Assembly: GCA_964410555.1 (NCBI GenBank)
Contig: CAYPHM010000009.1
Span: 7,488-71,487 of the forward strand
DNA length: 64,000 nt
Reading direction: 5' to 3'
From: an uncultured Chloroflexaceae bacterium
GTDB lineage: Bacteria > Chloroflexota > Chloroflexia > Chloroflexales > Chloroflexaceae
Shown: positions 60,157-64,000 of the stretch, piece by piece
How the letters are laid out: each line of letters starts with the position of its first letter
How positions within the stretch are numbered: position 1 is the first letter of the stretch
Notes under the pieces: model-generated
Database searches by the model: none
The model's input: only the letters and a program-made list of their open reading frames with translations
Told to the model about the DNA's origin: nothing
Position numbers and translations under genes: made by a program

Positions 60157-60191
60157 ATAGCATACAACTCAAATTAAAAGTTGTCAAGTGG

Positions 60192-61799
60192 TCAGCTTTC
60201 CATCCTGCGATGCATAACCAGTGCCAGCAGCAATGCGACCACACATGCGACCACACCAAACAAAAACATCTCGTCTATCACTTGTGCTGCGACATTCACC
60301 AAAAACAAGGCGGGGTCGCTGGCAGCCAGTGGGTCATCAATACCGGCTTGTCGCAACTGGTGCTGGCGTGTTACCCCCCACACCGTCAACACCGATGCCC
60401 CAAGCGTCATCCCCACCAACCGCAGCGTGATGACCAGTGCCGATGCGCTGCCGTGGTACTCCTCGCTGGCGGTGTTGATAATCACCGTTGCTATGGGTGA
60501 AAGCACCAAGCCTAGCCCTACCCCGGCGAGTACCAACTCTGCCGCCATAACGGTATAGGTCGTGTGGGCTTGCCACGTACTCAGCAGGATAAAGCCCAAC
60601 AATGCGGTTGCCATCCCTCCAACAATAGGCAGCTTTGCCCCCAAGCGATTGGTCAACCACCCACCCGGCACCGCCATTGCTGCCATTGTTAGCGTCAATG
60701 CGGAGAGCATCCACCCGCTATCCCACGCGCCACGCGGTAGGATATTGGGGTCGCCGGGGTTGAAGATTTCCAAGCGGGTATGGATAAAGAGCGGTACGTT
60801 GGCAATAGCCAGGGCTAAGGCAAAGCCAACCAGCATATTTACGCCGCTGGCAATGCCGGCGTTGCGCTGTCGCAGTAACGTTATATCAAACAAGGGGTGG
60901 CGCACCCGATGCTCTACCCAAATGAACAGTGCCAGCATAACCAGCGAGCCGATAACCAGCGGGACGGCATAACTGGGCAGTTCTTGCGTTTGTCCATAGA
61001 AATCTGTCTGGCCTAGCTCTGAGCCAGCAGACAACCCCACATTCAGGGCTATCAAGCTGCCACTGATAAGCAACGATCCCCACCAGTCAAAGCCGCCAGC
61101 AGACCGGCTGGTCTGGACATCGCGCAATGCCCACCACGTCAACACCAGGGCAACTATGCCAAGTGGGACGTTGATCCAGAAGAGCAATCGCCAATCATCA
61201 AACAAGCGCATCAGGATGCCGCCGTAGAGGTGGCCTATCATCCATCCTACCGTCTCTACCGCGGCGACAAAGCCAAGTGCTGGCGCACGTCTTTGTGGGG
61301 GAAAGAGGTCGCCAACCAACGCCATAGAGATAGGCACGACTGCCCCTGCCCCAAACGCCTGCACCACGCGCCCGATGATAACCCCATTGAGGCTACTGGC
61401 GGCTGCCACCAAACCAGACCCGATGATGAAAATGAGCAGACAGACGAAGTACATTATCCGCCGCCCTACCAGGTCAGAGAGCCGCCCCATAAACGTCAGG
61501 CTCACGGTATAGGTCAGCAGGTAGCCGGTGATAATCCATGCTGCATGCCCTAGCTCCGTATCAATAGACACTTGCAGGTCAGACAGGATACGGGGCAGTA
61601 CTGCTGTGACGACTGTTAGGTCTATGGAGCCTACAAAAACGGCAATACAGACCAGTGCCAGCGAGACCATCGGGGGAAACCGTGATGCTCGCTGGTGTGG
61701 CAGTATTGATGGGGTATTTGATGCTTGGGCTGGTGTTGGATGTTGGTGCATAAGGGCGGTGTAGCTAGGATTCGCTTTCTGGACACTCCATCGGGGCAT
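60192..61799 (-). CDS. MFS transporter, 14-TMS drug:H+ antiporter (DHA2/EmrB-QacA) type
   Basis: GSIDLTVVTAVLP, GRLSDLVGRR and about 14 hydrophobic helices. An alternative start at ATG 61751 would remove the 35-nt overlap with the upstream gene. Confidence 0.85.
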   Translation of the reverse strand: MPRWSVQKANPSYTALMHQHPTPAQASNTPSILPHQRASRFPPMVSLALVCIAVFVGSIDLTVVTAVLPRILSDLQVSIDTELGHAAWIITGYLLTYTVSLTFMGRLSDLVGRRIMYFVCLLIFIIGSGLVAAASSLNGVIIGRVVQAFGAGAVVPISMALVGDLFPPQRRAPALGFVAAVETVGWMIGHLYGGILMRLFDDWRLLFWINVPLGIVALVLTWWALRDVQTSRSAGGFDWWGSLLISGSLIALNVGLSAGSELGQTDFYGQTQELPSYAVPLVIGSLVMLALFIWVEHRVRHPLFDITLLRQRNAGIASGVNMLVGFALALAIANVPLFIHTRLEIFNPGDPNILPRGAWDSGWMLSALTLTMAAMAVPGGWLTNRLGAKLPIVGGMATALLGFILLSTWQAHTTYTVMAAELVLAGVGLGLVLSPIATVIINTASEEYHGSASALVITLRLVGMTLGASVLTVWGVTRQHQLRQAGIDDPLAASDPALFLVNVAAQVIDEMFLFGVVACVVALLLALVMHRRMES

Positions 61800-62541
61800 G
61801 AATATCGAAGTCTTCGTTGTACTGGCTGAGGTGCATAATCCAGCGGGTAGGTTCTTCCGGGTCGGAGGCGGTGTCTACCAAGATCATCTTACTCACCCGT
61901 TTGGTTTCGGTGTCTGCCCACACATCTACCTCTACCTCACCAGCGCCAATCATACGATAGCTAATGTCATAGAAGGTGGGGTCGTTAATCGTACCTTGTA
62001 TGTGGTAGTGTGGAGTGTTGTCTTCGTCTAGCTCTTCTATCGTCTCAAGTGTGGCATCCTCAAACTGCTCGCGGATGAGGTAGTCTAGCCCCTGCTCTGG
62101 GTCAAACAAGACAACCGGGTCAAAGACGGAGCCGGGTGGGAGACAACGCCATTTCCGCGTGATGGGATTGGATACGTAGAGTTGCCCATCGAGTGAGACG
62201 AGCCGCACTACGGCTATGCTGCCCACGCTACGAACCCGTATGGCGACCATTGCTGCATCGGGGCGTTCTAGGTCGCCGGCGATGTCTACAATCTGAAACA
62301 TCCCGTCCGGGTCGGCAAAAGCTGGTTTGCCTTCAAAGGTGATGTCAAAGTGAAAGCTGGTCGCATCTTGGGTTGCCTGCATGACCTCATCGGTGATCTG
62401 TGCCACAGAGAGGGTAGGTGTGGGGGTACCCTGTGTTGCTGTTCCCCGCCCACACGCGGCTAGGATGGTGATTGCGGCTAGGATGATAACGCTCAGTATG
62501 TACCTGGGTGTAGGTTGTGAGGTTGGATGGTTTTGTGTCAC
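61765..62541 (-). CDS. LppX/LprAFG (LprG-like) lipoprotein
   Basis: The GTG at 62541 lies 6 nt after AAGGA. Lipobox ILAACG. The central ..DGQLYVSNPITRKWRCLPPGSVFDPVVLFDPEQGLDYL.. resembles the LprG core as I remember it. The ORF track start at 62673 runs into repeat DNA. Confidence 0.6.
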   Translation of the reverse strand: MTQNHPTSQPTPRYILSVIILAAITILAACGRGTATQGTPTPTLSVAQITDEVMQATQDATSFHFDITFEGKPAFADPDGMFQIVDIAGDLERPDAAMVAIRVRSVGSIAVVRLVSLDGQLYVSNPITRKWRCLPPGSVFDPVVLFDPEQGLDYLIREQFEDATLETIEELDEDNTPHYHIQGTINDPTFYDISYRMIGAGEVEVDVWADTETKRVSKMILVDTASDPEEPTRWIMHLSQYNEDFDIHAPMECPESES

Positions 62542-62595
62542 GTTGTATCCTTTGCTTATGTCTTTATCATTAGTGTTCCGTTCTCCGTCCCGTTC

Positions 62596-62885
62596 CGTTG
62601 GTAGAGCCGCTACCTGCCCGGTTCCCCTTCTCCCCACGGTGGGGGAAGGGGCTAGGGGATGGGGGACAAACAACCCTCTCCCCCTGCCCCCTCTCCCATA
62701 AAGGGCGAGGGGGAGGCGTTAGCTGCCCGGTTCCCCTTCTCCCCACGGTGGGGGAAGGGGCTAGGGGATGGGGGGAACCAATTCCCCTTCTCCCCGCGGT
62801 GGGGGAAGGGGCTAGGGGATGGGGGCTGCCCGACCACCCTCTCCCCCTGCCCCCGCTCCCATCCCAGGGCGAGGGAGGCAGGTTT
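62596..62885. repeat. GC-rich modular repeat cluster (B x3 interleaved with A x2), the densest example
   Basis: B units at 62614-62665, 62723-62775 and 62781-62825. A units at 62674-62716 and 62837-62877. Confidence 0.95.
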
Positions 62886-62888
62886 GGG

Positions 62889-63992
62889 CTATTCTGCAAT
62901 GTACAAAAAGAGCCGAGCGCGAATAACGCTTGGATCTTCCGATGGATTGCCTGACATACCGAGCGATTGCAGCGAAGAGATATTGTCTTTCACCTCTTCG
63001 TCTACATCAGCACCGGTATCTTCTGCCAGTTCTGCCATTTTCTGGATGTCCATATAGACCATCCCCCGTTCGGGGGCAGGCAGGTTGTTGAGCAGTGCTT
63101 GGAAGCGGGAGTCGCCAGAAATGGGCGACTCGCCGCCATTGACAGCAGTTTCCATCGTCCCTTCGCCAAAGGCGATAACCAAATCATCATCCACAAAGCC
63201 ATAGCCGCCATAGGTCTGTTCAGTATCAGGCTCTTGGATAAGCCACCACTTAACCCCGGCTATATCCTCAGTCGGGATGTCCATACCGAGGTTTTCTATA
63301 GCGTCGGTGATGTTGTTGATACCCTTTTCTGCTGCCTCACGGTCTGAAGGGGTGATGGTGAAATAGACGGTAGCGGGAACCTCAAAGTCGCCTAGCTCCT
63401 CGCCCGGCAGGATGACCAACGAGGCATCGCCGTTAAACCAATTGAGCAAATCTTCTTCAAGGTCTACCTCATACATCGCCTCGAACATATCGCGCTGCTC
63501 TGCCCCATCAGGTTGGGCTTCAATCGCTTGGATAACCTGATCTTTGAAGGATGGTTGTATGGAGAAGGTCGCAAAGGCGAGTGTCTCGCTGCTAATGCGG
63601 TCTAGGCGGGCTTTGAGATCGCCGGGTTGATAGGTGAAGACGGCACGTTTATCTTCGCTGAGGGCATCAAGGTTCATCGAGTAAACGGATTCAATGAAGA
63701 CTCCCTCTGCTGCCACCCCAGCAGCCAAACCTAAACTCTCCATTGCGCTAATCATTGCGAGGTTTTCTTCTAGCATATCGGCTTGCTCTTCGGGCATTTC
63801 CTCTGAAGCCTGCGAAATAAAGGTTTCATTCAATTGGATGAGGGGTTGTGCATCCATGTAGAAGTAGGAAAACCTGTTTGGTGGCAGATTGATCTGAAAC
63901 TTGGCAAACTTTGGGTTGCTAGAGAGCGAATCTGCCCCACCCGGCTCGCGGTCTATCATCTGTTTGATGTAGTCGGGGTTCGCCATAACCAC
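62889..63992 (-). CDS. Hypothetical protein (possibly 5'-truncated by the window edge)
   Basis: The ORF is continuous to within 8 nt of the window end. Acidic and soluble-looking; no family recognised with confidence. Confidence 0.5.
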   Translation of the reverse strand: MVMANPDYIKQMIDREPGGADSLSSNPKFAKFQINLPPNRFSYFYMDAQPLIQLNETFISQASEEMPEEQADMLEENLAMISAMESLGLAAGVAAEGVFIESVYSMNLDALSEDKRAVFTYQPGDLKARLDRISSETLAFATFSIQPSFKDQVIQAIEAQPDGAEQRDMFEAMYEVDLEEDLLNWFNGDASLVILPGEELGDFEVPATVYFTITPSDREAAEKGINNITDAIENLGMDIPTEDIAGVKWWLIQEPDTEQTYGGYGFVDDDLVIAFGEGTMETAVNGGESPISGDSRFQALLNNLPAPERGMVYMDIQKMAELAEDTGADVDEEVKDNISSLQSLGMSGNPSEDPSVIRARLFLYIAE

Positions 63993-64000
63993 AATACCAT

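Noticed and set aside
62570-62954. Overlapping ORFs of 100-130 aa on both strands, rich in PLAPSP/GEGARGWG peptides. Similar ORFs occur at 4952-5397, 14878-15297, 16671-16935, 29732-29950, 33345-33777, 47663-47978, 50547-50780 and 52305-52878.
   Set aside because: They are read-throughs of the GC-rich repeat modules. The same DNA is open in several frames and both orientations, and they lack RBS context. The peptide repeats simply mirror the nucleotide repeats.

Overview
64 kb chromosomal segment with no rRNA, tRNA, cas genes or CRISPR array that I could see. Protein flavour suggests a Chloroflexota-like bacterium, but this is a low-confidence guess. The backbone is housekeeping: rpsO-pnp, an EF-G paralogue, an acyl-CoA carboxyltransferase, family-4 UDG, RNase J, FtsK, PolA, MiaA and NAPRTase. 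Accessory material is interleaved with it. (1) A modular GC-rich interspersed repeat family fills at least 13 intergenic regions (about 2.6 kb summed). Its conserved core is a textbook G-quadruplex motif, and it includes GCATGC-centred palindromic modules. (2) A tightly packed minus-strand operon encodes a PAS-like/RsbR-type STAS protein, a stand-alone CarH-type B12-binding module (Wx9EH plus ExHxxG) and a STAS-less sensor paralogue. I consider this the best candidate for an undescribed light/cobalamin-responsive partner-switching system. (3) Four tandem PspA/IM30 paralogues show patchwork gene conversion. (4) A 1,053-bp near-perfect inverted repeat is formed by two AAA-ATPase/PD-(D/E)XK genes that bracket two CNNM/CorC genes. 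(5) A solitary fused nuclease/N6A-methyltransferase (Type IIG-like) gene carries an AT-rich internal segment. (6) An 11-copy heptanucleotide tandem repeat begins at a stop codon. (7) IS607 tnpA and tnpB relics, a gene remnant, a low-GC two-gene islet and an lprG-MFS-like pair are also present. All family assignments come from reading motifs by eye; no database search was run.
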